Positions 27,870 through 38,954 of a stretch of DNA of 64,000 bases are shown piece after piece. Below the pieces are notes generated by a model that did not search any database, was not told the origin of the DNA, and saw nothing but the letters and a program-made list of their open reading frames with translations. Position numbers and translations under genes: made by a program. This DNA comes from Eledone cirrhosa (taxonomy: Eukaryota), in the NCBI GenBank assembly GCA_964016885.1, contig CAXHJY010000861.1, positions 186,001-250,000 on the forward strand, given 5' to 3'. Positions within the stretch are counted from its first letter, which is position 1; each line of letters starts with the position of its first letter.

Positions 27870-28779
27870 ATCTAAACCCATACTAGCGTGCAAGACAGAC
27901 GTTAAACGATGATGATGATATGATGGAAAAAGTTCAGAGAGCTTATACCACCATTGGCCACTAAAGGGTTCTCCCTAAAAATGAAAGGCAGGCTGTATGA
28001 TGCCACATACGAACAGCAATGTTACATGGCAGTGAGACATGGGCATTGTGTGCAGAGGATCTGCACAGACTGGAGAGAAACGAAGCTTGCATGCTCCGCT
28101 GGATGTGTAATAGTAATATACATGAATGGCAAAGCATAAATGAACTAAGTGAAAAATTAGAAATAAGAGGGATCAGATGTTGTTTACTCGAGAGAAGACT
28201 ACGTTGGTATGGTCACGTGATGCGCATGAAAGACGACAGCTGTATAAAAAAGTGCAGGGCGATCAAAATTGATGGAAGTTACGAAGTAGGCAGACCCAGA
28301 AAAACCTGGGATGATTTGATAAATTCCGATCTTGCACACTTACACCTCTCCAAGACAATGTCACTGGACCGAGATATTTGGCGCTACACAGTAATACAGA
28401 AGACCCGCCTTGCCTATGTACAAAGCGAAACCTACAGTCAGTAGGCACCCCTTAATCAAATATACACCCCAACCTACAACACCTACTCCATCCTCCCACC
28501 AATACCACAACATCCAGTCCTAAATAAATGAAGTTGTGTAGGTGTCATGACAAAAAAAACACACAGTCCACGCTGTAATGTGGCCGTGTAGGTAACATGG
28601 TAAAAACCTCCCAATCCACACTGTAAATGTGGTTGGTGTTAGGCAGGGCATTCAGGCATAGAAAACCTGCCAGACAGTCCTATACGAGCGAGACGACCAA
28701 TCTTGTCTTAAGTGGGACGATTCCCGTCTAAACCCATGCTAGCATGGAAGATAGACGTTAAATGATGACGATGATGATG

Positions 28780-28781
<2 letters not shown>
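27870..28781 (+). mobile_element. 5'-truncated RTE LINE (C-terminal ORF, 3' UTR, (GAT)n tail) preceded by a separate short tail
   Basis: MLHGSETWAL...LERNEACMLRWMC...RRLRWYGHVMR...GRPRKTW; the tail is gatgacgatgatgatga. Confidence 0.92.
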
Positions 28782-28804
<23 letters not shown>

Positions 28805-28810
<6 letters not shown>

Positions 28811-29044
28811 GAAAGTGAACCACACAAAATATAACTACTCCATTACCAAAGGTTTCTGGATCCCAGACGATAATAATATACGTCTGGATCGGTCGTCAGA
28901 CAGAGATGTTATAACATCTGATCCAGAAACCTTTGGTAATGGAGTAGTTATATTTTGTGTTGTTTACTTTCTAATTAAATAGCTCTGTTCTATACATAGA
29001 GCACTCTTTTTCCTTTGCTTTTTCTTTGGAATTACCTAACACAT

Positions 29045-29045
<1 letters not shown>
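28805..29045. mobile_element. Fold-back element (inverted Penelope pLTR-like end) in (TA)n
   Basis: ~58-bp inverted arms at 28805-28862 and 28920-28977. Same family as 54832-55165. Confidence 0.8.
28838..28905 (-). ncRNA. Type I hammerhead ribozyme motif with intact core
   Basis: The minus strand reads ctctgt-CTGACGA-ccgatccagacg(loop)cgtctgggatcca-GAAA-cc-ttt-gGTA-atggag. Predicted cleavage is between 28844 and 28843; the base of stem II is imperfect. Confidence 0.72.
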
Positions 29046-29102
<57 letters not shown>

Positions 29103-29108
<6 letters not shown>

Positions 29109-29270
29109 GTCAGGACCCCGTCGGCTGAGCTCTGGCTGTTTCGACAGATCTGAACGAGTTCAGCCGTCGGGGTCCTGACTCTTTTCCTATTACCCACTCT
29201 ACTACCCCAAGTATCGAGTACTCTGGTGCGTTATGGTCCACCTGGTTTCTTACGACACTTTCATTGTTAT
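29103..29270. mobile_element. Second fold-back element in (TA)n
   Basis: 30-bp arms aaaagagtcaggacccc.../...ggggtcctgactctttt (29103-29185), then a unique tail to (TA)n. Confidence 0.7.
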
Positions 29271-29286
29271 ATATATATATATATAT

Positions 29287-29449
29287 GAGTCTTGGGTTCA
29301 ATCGAGATTAACCAGAGTTAGTAAGGGACTCAATACATTAGTAGAGTGCCAACATAAAGTTTAATATAGAAATGGCTTCTACAGGATTTCTTGATTTCTT
29401 TTGAATCAAACAGCTCTTGTCCTGTAGAAGCCATTTCTATATTAAACTT
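29287..29449. mobile_element. Third fold-back element in (TA)/(CA)n
   Basis: Perfect 30-bp arms at 29357-29386 and 29420-29449. The loop contains aaacagctcttGTC, resembling a hammerhead 3' half. Confidence 0.7.
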
Positions 29450-29583
29450 CACATACACACACACATACATATGATGGACTCTCCTTTCAATTCAACGTGT
29501 GAGGGTTCAACAGTCTTTTCAGTTCATTGTTTTGTTTATGCCCCAAATGTCACCTTGATTTACACATCAATCCACTTTTGGTG

Positions 29584-30496
29584 CAGGTGACAGGGTCTTG
29601 AACAGAGCAGGCTGGAATGTCTGACAGGTGACAAGATTTTGGACAGAGCAGGCTGGAATGCCTGACAGGTGACAAGATCTTGGACAGAGCAGGCTGGAAT
29701 GTCTGACAGGTGACAAGATCTTGGACAGAGCAGGCTGGAATGTCTGACAGGTGACAAGATCTTGGACAGAGCAGGCTGGAATGTCTGACAGGTGACAAGA
29801 TCTTGGACAGAGCAGGCTGGAATGCCTGACAGGTGACAAGATCTTGGACAGAGCAGGCTGGAATGCCTGACAGGTGACAAGATCTTGGACAGAGCAGGCT
29901 GGAATGTCTGACAGGTGACAAGATCTTGGACAGAGCAGGCTGGAATGTCTGACAGGTGACAAGATTTTGAACAGAGCAGGCTGGAATGTCTGACAGGTGA
30001 CAAGATCTTGGACAGAGCAGGCTGGAATGCCTGACAGGTGACAAGATCTTGGACAGAGCAGGCTGGAATGCCTGACAGGTGACAAGATCTTGGACAGAGC
30101 AGGCTGGAATGCCTGACAGGTGACAAGATCTTGGACAGAGCAGGCTGGAATGTCTGACAGGTGACAAGATCTTGGACAGAGCAGGCTGGAATGTCTGACA
30201 GGTGACAAGATTTTGAACAGAGCAGGCTGGAATGTCTGACAGGTGACAAGATCTTGGACAGAGCAGGCTGGAATGCCTGACAGGTGACAAGATCTTGGAT
30301 AGAGCAGGCTGGAATGCCTGACAGGTGACAAGATTTTGAACAGAGCAGGCTGGAATGTCTGACAGGTGACAAGATCTTGGACAGAGCAGGCTGGAATGCC
30401 TGACAAATGACAAGATCTTGAACAGAGCAGGCTGGAATGCCTGACAGGTGACAAGATCTTGAACAGAGCAGGCTGGAATGCCTGACAGGTGTCAGA
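29584..30496. repeat. 41-bp minisatellite, ~22 copies
   Basis: Monomer GACAGGTGACAAGATCTTGGACAGAGCAGGCTGGAATGTCT. Confidence 0.97.
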
Positions 30497-30634
30497 TCTT
30501 ATCTCACAGAAATAGGCTAAATGAGGTTTATCTCTCTCTCTATATATATATATATAATTCTTTGTCTGTCTGTCTGTTTCCTATGCATTCTCAAATGGCT
30601 GGACCAAATCAGATAAAATTTTACATGGTAATAG

Positions 30635-31236
30635 TGTAGTAAGACGCCTTACGCCCTCAGTTGGATAATGGACCAGGCCTAGTTGTCTTCCCCTGGTTGA
30701 GAACACTATTTAAGTAAGCAGCAGTATTACTTTCTCAGACAAGCCACGGAGACAGCAAACAGCAGACGGCCTTTGTACCACGAAACAGCAGACAGCCTTT
30801 GGACCACAAGATCACACAGATGTCAATACACGGAACTTCTATACCGAAGCCACAAGGATAGTGTTGGCCAAGCACTGGCTCATAACTGATTTCACTTTAC
30901 TGGTCCCGTCACATTGGTGACCCAGACGTGGGCGTTACATTGGTGACCCACGACAATTGTAATACGTTGTCTTCATTTCAACTGATCAGGTCTATATTGG
31001 TATGTTGTTTCATTTGTAATATAACAAACACATAATAGACAAAATAAACATCATCCTTATTTACATTGTTGAATAGAACTCTCGTTGTGGTTATTATCTT
31101 GTCTACACACACACCCACTCACTTGTTATAATTCTATGGTGTACCTATCGTTTCACTTACAAAAATGGTAAATAGACGAGGGACTTTCCCTCATGTCTAT
31201 ATTGATAAACTATCCAACAAGGATTCTTCATTACCA
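30635..31236 (+). mobile_element. 602-bp LTR-like insertion (solo LTR candidate)
   Basis: TG...CA ends, flanking 6-bp duplication TAATAG (30629-34, 31237-42), TATA-like tatttaag near 30707, AATAAA near 31043, and two internal TGGTGACCC PBS-like motifs. Confidence 0.7.
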
Positions 31237-31529
31237 TAATAGTATTAGACCCCGGGCATGTCAACATGTAATTTTTATTTTCATTTGGATTAAAATAATA
31301 TAACATTTTATCTAAAATATTCTACTATAGACTATAAGTAAATGGATAATTTATAACACCATGACGACAACTACGTCACATTTTGTATATGAGTGTGTAC
31401 ATGTCTGTGCGTGTTTGTGTGTTCGTTAAATATGTTACACCTTAGTTACATGCACATATATCTTCATGTAAATATTTAATCAGAGACACAGAGAATTAAA
31501 CACACACCTACATACATGTGGCAACTGAT

Positions 31530-33500
31530 AAGTGTATGTGAGAGTGTATATGTGTGTATGTGTGTGAGTGTATGTGAGAGTGTATGTGAGAGTGTATGTG
31601 TGAGAGTATGTGTGAGAGTGTATGTGAGAGTGTATATGAGAGTGTATATGTGTGAGAGTGTGTGTGTGTGAGTGTATGTGAGAGTGTATGTGAGAGTGTG
31701 AGTGTGTGAGTATATGTGTGAGTGTATGTGTGTGAGTGTATGTGTGTATGTGTGTGTATGTGAGAGTGTATAAGTGTGTGAGTGTATGTGTATGTGAGAG
31801 TGTATGTGTGTGAGTGTATGTGAGAGTGTATGTGTGTGAGTGAATGTGAGAGTGTATATGTGTGTGAGTGTATGTGAGAGTGTATATGCGTGTGAGTGTA
31901 TGTGAGAGTGTATGTGTGAGAGTATGTGTGAGTGAATGTGAGTGTGTGAATGTGAGTGTATATGTGTGTGAGTGTATGTGAGAGTGTACATGTGTGTGTG
32001 TATGTGAGTGTGTATGTGTGTGAGTGTGGAGCATGTGAGTGTATGTGTGAGAGTGTATATGTGTGAGTGTATGTGTGAGAGTATGTGTGTGAGAGTGTAT
32101 ATGTGTGTGAGTGTATGTGAGAGTGTATGTGTGAGAGTATTGTGTGAGAGTGTACATGTGTGTGTGTATGTGAGTGTGTATGTGTGTGAGTGTATGTGTG
32201 AGAGTGTATGTGTGAGAGTGTATGTGTGAGAGTGTATGTGTGAGTGTATGTGTGTGAGTGTATGTGAGAGTGTATGTGTGAGAGTGTGTGAGAGTATGTG
32301 AGTGTATGTGTGAGAGTGTATGTGTGAGAGTGTATGTGTGAGAGTGTATGTGTGTGAGTGTATGTGAGTGTATGTGTGAGAGTATGTGTGTGAGTGAATG
32401 TGAGTGTATATGTGTGTGAGTGTATGTGAGAGTGTACATGTGTGTGTGTATGTGTGTGAGTGTATGTGAGAGAGTGTGTGTGAGAGTATGTGAGAGTGTA
32501 TGTGTGAGAGTATGTGAGTGTGTGTGAGAGTGTATATGTGTGTGAGTGTATGTGTGAGAGTGTATGTGTGTGAGAGTGTATGTGTGTGAGTGTATGTGAG
32601 AGTGTATATGTGTGTGAGTGTGTGTGAGAGTTTGTGTGTGAGTGTGTGTGAGAGTTTGTGTGTGAGTGTGTGAGTGTGAGAGTGTGAGTGTGTGAGTATG
32701 TGTGAGAGTGTATGTGTGAGTGTATGTGTGTATGTGAGAGTGAGTGTGTGAGTGTATGTGTGTGAGTATATGTGAGAGTGTATGTGTGAGTGTATGTGAG
32801 AGAGTATGTTTGTGCGAGTGTATGTGTGTGAGTGTATGTGAGAGTGTATGTGAGAGTGTATGTGTGAGAGTATGTGTATATGTGTGTGAGTGTATGTGAG
32901 AGTATGTGTGTGTGAGTGTATGTGTGAGAGTATGTGTGTGAGTGAATGTGAGTGTATGTGAGAGTGTATATGTGTGTGAGTGTATGTGAGAGTGTATGTG
33001 TGTATGAGTGTATGTGAGAGTGTATGTGAGAGTGTATGTGTGTGAGTGTATGTGAGTGTGTATGTGTGAGAGTGTATGTGTGTGTATGTGTGAGAGTGTA
33101 TGTGTGAGAGTATGTGAGAGTGTATGTGTGAGAGTGTATATGTGTGTGAGTGTGTATATGTGTGTGAGTGTATGTGAGTGTATGTGTGAGAGTGTATATG
33201 TGAGTGTATGTGAGGAGTCTATGTGTGTGAGTGTATGTGTGAGTGTATGTGTGTGAGTGTTTGTAAGTGTGTATAAGTGTGAGAGTGTATGTGAGAGTGT
33301 ATATGTGAGAGTGTATATGTAAGAGTGTATGTGTGTGAGTGTATGTGAGTGTGTATGTGTGAGAGTGTATGTGTGTGAGTGTATGTGTGTATGAGAATGT
33401 ATGTGTGAGAGTGTGTGTGAGTGTGTGTGTGTGTATGTGAGAGTGTGTGTGTATGTGAGAGTGTGTGTGTGTATGTGAGAGTGTGTATGTGTGTGAGTAA
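31530..33500. repeat. Complex (GT/GA/TA) microsatellite, GAGTGTATGT-like units
   Basis: Direct reading. Confidence 0.95.
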
Positions 33501-33729
33501 ACATACATTTCTGTGACGACTGACATAACGCTGGGGGTTATTTGTATGAATGTATGTGTGTGTGTATGTTTGTATGAACACACACACATATAAACATGTG
33601 ATGACTGACAAGTGTATATATATATGTGTTTGTGTGAGAGTGTACGTGTGTGTGAGTTAATTTACATACAACAATAGAGATTAATATATTGTTTTGGATG
33701 CTGAGATTTGTTTACAATATTGAAAAAAA

Positions 33730-34007
33730 AAGTCTTTATTCTAAAAATTCCTCTCAAACCTACAACTGTTCCATTTGAATTTAAGGGGCTTCAGTTTCCA
33801 GTCAAAGTAAGTTTTATTATTTCAATTAACAAATCTCAGGGTCAATCCCTCAAGGTAGTTGGACTTGATCTCTCTACTACATGTTTTCCCATGGTCAACT
33901 CTATGTTGGTTGCTCGAGAGTTGGAAACAACAAAAAATGTATTCATTTGGACACCAACAAAAAATTACACAATGAGTATTGTTTACTCTGAGGTGCTCCA
34001 AGATTGA
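33730..34007 (+). pseudogene. Helitron Pif1 helicase C-terminal remnant
   Basis: PFEFKGLQFPVKVSFIISINKSQGQSLKVVGLDL..CF, then a frameshift to HGQLYVGCSRVG (helicase motifs V and VI). Confidence 0.92.
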
Positions 34008-34169
34008 CAGATTTTCATTTCTAAATTCTATTATCATTACAATTTTGATATTTTTTTTATTTTATAAAAAAAAAATATTTTGAAATAATTATGAGAAAAA
34101 ATATATATCTTCATATTCATTGTTTACTAATCTGAATAAGAACAGCAGTAACCCAGGCAACGCCAGGTC

Positions 34170-35740
34170 ATTCATCATCATCATCATCATCACCGTTTTA
34201 CGTCCGTTCTTCCACGCTAGCATGGGTTAGACGGGTTTTCCTGTTGTGGGCAGTGTCTGGTCGGCTGACCATGCCTTGCTCATACAGGAACTGATCTGGC
34301 TTGATTTCTACAGCTGGATGCCCTTCCTAACACCAACCTCATTTACAGTGAGTGCTGGGTGCTTTTTCGTGGCGCCTACACGTCCACTTTACAGTGTGGG
34401 CTGGGTGCTTTTTTGCCGTGGCACCTCCACGACCACCTTGCGGTGGGGGGGGGGGCATATTGTTTATATGCTTCAGCATGTACCCATGGGAGGTCGGGTA
34501 CCCTGTATTACTGCGTGACGCCAGAAGTCACGGTCGTGTGTCATTGACTTTGAGAGGTGTAGTTGGGTAAGGTCGGCTTTTATCACCTCATCCCAAGTCA
34601 TCTTGGGTCTCCCCACTCCGCGGTTTCCATCAACTTCTAGTGCTCTGCACCTTTTTATGCAGCTGTCATCCTTCATACGCATCACATGTCCATACCAGCG
34701 TAACCGCCTCTCCTGCACGCAGCATTTGATTCCTCTTATGCTCAGTCTCTCTCTCAATTCCTTTATGCTTTGTCGTTCACGTATATTACTGTTACACATC
34801 CATCGGAGCATGCAGGCTTCGTTTCTCTCTAATCTACGTAAGTCTTCCACCTTCAGCGCCCAGGTCTCACTACCATGCAACATCGCTGTTCGGATACACG
34901 CATCATACAGTCTGCCTTTCATTCTGAGGGAGAAGCCTTTTGCAGCTAGCAGTGGTAGTATTTCCCTAAACTTCTTCCATCCCGTTCTTACCCTAGTTAT
35001 TGTACTTTCTGAGCACCCACCTCCGTTGCTAATTCGGTCACCTAGGTAGCAGAAGCTGTCTACTGTTTCTACAGGGCCCTCCCAGAGATTGGTGGTACTT
35101 GTTTCCTGTGGCTGTTTGCTTGCTGTTTCAGCACAGCTGCTGCATGTGAATCCTACATTCTTAATTAAGCTTCCTGAGATCCCGCTACATCTCTTGTGTA
35201 CCCATTGTTTGCATTTTGGGCAGAGAATGGAGTTCCTACCTACACCTTTCCTACATACTGAGCAAGGCCATTTCCCTGAGGGGATCTGGGTTCTGTTTTC
35301 TCGTCTACTTATAAGGACCTTAGTCTTTGTCATGTTGACTTTGAGGCCCTTTCTCTCTAGTCCCTGCTTCCAGGTTTGGAATTTATTCTCTAGTTCTACC
35401 ATAGATTCAGCTATGAGTGCGAGGTCATCAGCATACAGGAGTTCCCATGGGCATCCGGTATTAAACTCCTCCGTTATTGCCTGCAGGACTATGATGAACA
35501 GGAGAGGGCTAAGAACAGAGCCCTGGTGGACCCCAACCTGTACGCTAAATTCCTCGCTATACTCATTGCCAATCCTAACTTTGCTGACTGCTCCCCTATA
35601 CATGGCTTGTACCGCTTTCACAAGCCATTCATCTACTCCTAGTTTTCTAAGAGCCCACCAGATTACTGCACGTGGAACTCTGTCAAAGGCTTTCTCAAGG
35701 TCGACAAATGCCAAGTAGAGTGGCTTACTTTTAGCTACTT
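34170..35740 (-). mobile_element. 5'-truncated RTE LINE with an open RT segment and 3' UTR
   Basis: ORF 34473-35714 contains FVDLEKAFDRV, GVHQGSVLSPLLF, LLYADD, YLG and RRLRWYGHV. The (GAT)n tail is at ~34172-34190. Confidence 0.96.
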
Positions 35741-35746
35741 CAGTTA

Positions 35747-35810
<64 letters not shown>

Positions 35811-36164
35811 TATTCTTGTATATTCATTACGTGATCAAGGTGTTATTTCTGGGTACTAACACTAGATAATATCAGAATAAAATAACACGGATTACTGGGA
35901 AAAACCCATTACTGCAAAATATGAGGATGATATTTCTTCCATTAAAATCTGATTACTTCATCTGTAGTTATGATGTTTGTTTCTTCTAATGACCGCTGAG
36001 GAACCGGATTAAGATTTATAAAATAAAACCCCAATGATTGGATCTTCTTTTCCTGAAAACTTTACAATCTTTTTGTTCTCGTGAAAAACATTTTGAATTT
36101 CAAGAAATTCAAATCAACTTTACTAGTGCAAAAAACAAAAAGAAAATTGTCAAAACATGACGAA

Positions 36165-37547
36165 AGGTGGTGGTGGTGGTGATTGTGGTAGTGATGGTGG
36201 TGGTGGTGGTGATGGTGGTGATAGTGATGGTGGTAGTGGTGGTGATGATAGTGGTGGTGGTCGTGGTGGTGATAGTGGCGGTGGTGGTGATGGTGGTGGT
36301 GGTGGTGATGGTGGTGGTGGTGGTAGTGGTGGTAGTGATAGTGGTAGTGGTGGTGGTGGTAGTAGTGGTGGTGGTGGTAGTAGTGGTGTGGTGATAGTGG
36401 TGGTGGTGATAGTGATGGTGGTAGTGATGGTGGTAGTGGTGGTGGTGGTAGTGATGGTAGTGGTGGTGGTAGTGGTGGTGGTGGTGGTGGTGGTGGTAGT
36501 GGTGGTGGTGGTGGTGGTGATAGTGGTGGTGGTGGTGATAGTGGTGGTGATGGTGATAGTGGTGGTGATGGTGATAGTGGTGGTGGGTGGTGATTGTGGT
36601 GGTGATGGTGGTGGTGGTAGTAGTGGTGGTGGTGGTAGTGATAGTGGTAGTGATAGTGGTAGTGGTGGTGGTGGTAGTGGTGGTGGTGGTAGTAGTGGTG
36701 GTGGTGGTAGTAGTGGTGGTGGTGGTAGTAGTGGTGGTGGTGATAGTGGTGGTGGCGGTAGTAGTGGTGGTGGTGATAGTGGCGGTAGTGGTGGTGGTGG
36801 TGATGGTGGCGGTAGTGGTGGTGGTGGTAGTAGTGGTGGTGGTGATAGTGGTGATAGTGGTGGTGGCGGTAGTGGTAGTAGTGGTGGTGGTGGTAGTGGT
36901 GGTGGTGGTAGTAGTGGTGGTGGTGGTGATAGTGGTGGTGGTGGTGGTGGTCGTGGTGGTGGTAGTGATGGTGGTAGTGATAGTGGTGGTGGTGGTGGTA
37001 GTAGTGGTGGTGGTGGTAGTGGTGGTGGTGATAGTGGTGGTGGCGGTGATGGTGGTAGTGGTGGTGGTGGTGGTAGTGGTAGTGGTGGTAGTGATGGTGG
37101 TGGTGGTGGTGGTAGTGGTGGTGGTGATAGTGGTGGTAGTAATAGTGGTAGTGGTGGTGGTGATAGTGGTGGTGGCGGTGATAGTGGTGGTGGCGGTAGT
37201 GGTGGTGGCGGTAGTGGTGGTGGTGGTGGTGGTGGTGGTGGTGGTGGTGGTGGTGATAGTAGTGGTGGTGATGGTGATTGTGATGGTGATGGTGATGGTG
37301 GTGGTGTTGTTGGTGGTGATAGTGATGGCGGTAGTGGTGGTAGTGATAGTGGTGGTAGTGGTGGTGGTGGTAGTAGTGGTGGTGGTGATAGTGGTGGTGG
37401 TGGTAGTGGTAGTGGTGGTGGTAGTGGTGGTGATGGTGGTGGTTTTGTTGGTGGTGGTGGTGGTAGTGTTGGTGGTGGTGATGGTGGCGGTAGTGGTGGT
37501 GGTGATAGTGGCGGTAGTGCTGGTGTGGTGATAGTGGTTGTTGTTGT
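36165..37547. repeat. Complex trinucleotide tract (GGT/AGT/GAT)n
   Basis: Direct reading; it produces the poly-G/V/H pseudo-ORFs. Confidence 0.95.
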
Positions 37548-37893
37548 TTAGCCATTGGTCAGTTTATCAAACTTTATCATCACAAGACATAGTCCTGGCC
37601 ATTCCATCCTACCCCCAATCCAGGGTATCACCTTATTTAAGTGACAGTTTGGCTCCTCTGTATTTCGACCTGGTCTATTCCACATGACAGCATCAAGTAA
37701 TATCAATAGATCCCACACTGAGATGTTCTCTAGTAAAATATTACATTCTAAAATATTTTCTTCAATCAAGACCTATCAAGAATTATAGAACTGGGTCTGA
37801 GTTAGCTTGCAAGGGAAAATTTCATCAAGGCCCTTACATCAAACTAATATATTATTTATAGTAGAAAAACATATATGATTAATTTGGGGTTCT

Positions 37894-38177
37894 TTAAACA
37901 TCATCGAGTCCCTGGTTACAGCATAGTTACCACCCCACTTAAATATCATGGGGTCCTTGGTTACAGCATAGTTACCACCCCACTTAAATATCATGGGTCC
38001 TTGGTTACAGCATAGTTACCACCCTACTTAAACATCATCGAGTCCCTGGTTACAGCATAGTTACCACCCCACTTAAATATTGTGGGCTTGGTTACAGCAT
38101 AGTTACCACCCCACTTAAATATCATGGAGTCCTTGGTTACAGCATAGTTACCACCCCACTTAAATATCATGGGGTCC
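37894..38177. repeat. ~45-bp minisatellite, ~6 copies
   Basis: Monomer GGTTACAGCATAGTTACCACCCCACTTAAATATCATGGGGTCCTT. Confidence 0.93.
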
Positions 38178-38194
38178 CGCTCTCGCCATCTCTC

Positions 38195-38388
38195 GCGGTG
38201 GATTGGCAGTATCGGTGGCGGGTCTGATGCCATGCTTAGCAACATAAAGTTACAGCCCTTTACGAGATGAATTGAAATCCCACCGAGGTTAACTTTGTCT
38301 TTCATCCTTACTGGGTCGATAAAATAAAGTACCAGTAATGTACTGGTGTAATTGCTGGTCTTGTGCCCAAAGTAGAAACAATTATTAT
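38195..38388 (+). mobile_element. SINE, same family as 26621
   Basis: Core ttcatccttactgggtcgataaaataaagtaccagt. Confidence 0.8.
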
Positions 38389-38814
38389 AAGCAAATGGGG
38401 ATGGTGAGAGAGATGCACTGGAGGATCCATTCCATTAAATCTTCATTACAATTATTTTATAAGTGTTATAATATAACGGCCGCTAACCAGAAGTGTTGAC
38501 ATTTGAAAATTTTAAAGAAGTGAATCTTTAAATAAGCTATAAAATATATTTAATCAACAGCCATGAAATTTAGTAGATAAATTATGTAATATTTATTCAT
38601 TATTTATTCAAAGTAATCCAACTTATTTTACAAATGGGGTAAAAAATTATATTCTGGATGCAGTCCCACACTCCTTTCTTTATTACAATTATTGAGGTGT
38701 CCTTTTTCTTCTTCTTTATATATATATATACAGAGAGAGAGAGAGAGTAGCCAATTTCGACTTACAACATAATTTTAACCTACATATGTTTCAATGTATA
38801 ACAACAGGTCATAC

Positions 38815-38889
38815 CTCAATATATAACAGGTATTTGTCCACTGGTCTACATAGCTTCAGGAATACCAATATTGCTATAACCCTCAACAT
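38815..38889 (-). CDS. Candidate first coding exon of MLYCD (putative targeting peptide)
   Basis: accATG...GAG|gtatga gives 25 codons, MLRVIAILVFLKLCRPVDKYLLYIE. Its phase 0 matches the exon at 26501. No homology support. Confidence 0.33.
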
Positions 38890-38954
38890 GGTAGTGGTGG
38901 TGGTAGTGGCAGTGGTGGTAGTGGTGGTGGTGGTGGCAGTGGTGGTATTGACAA

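Larger units (their letters stand above)
30531..34174 (+). mobile_element. Non-autonomous Helitron carrying an LTR-like insertion, a microsatellite expansion and a helicase remnant
   Basis: The 5' end is a|TC...tatataattctttgtctgtctgtctg. A Pif1 remnant lies at 33730-34007 and a 3' hairpin acccaggcaacgccaggt at 34151-34168. The terminal CTAG is replaced by an RTE tail. Treating the span as one element is an inference. Confidence 0.65.

Noticed and set aside
31476-33611. HT/YI-rich ORFs here and at 55-59 kb and 63 kb
   Set aside because: Microsatellite translations.
35980-36016. Hammerhead-like ctaatga...aaccgg
   Set aside because: Both core segments are defective; too weak to call.
36066-36122. 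Candidate MLYCD first exon MFFTRTKR (minus strand)
   Set aside because: The donor would be phase 2, incompatible with the phase-0 exon at 26501 unless another exon intervenes.
36062-37555. His-, Gly- or Val-rich ORFs
   Set aside because: These are translations of a trinucleotide tract with an internal frame switch and no supporting gene structure.
37632-37730. Alternative phase-0 exon ending ...NCHLNK|gtgata (minus strand)
   Set aside because: The splice signals are plausible, but there is no homology or targeting-peptide character. It cannot be excluded without RNA data.
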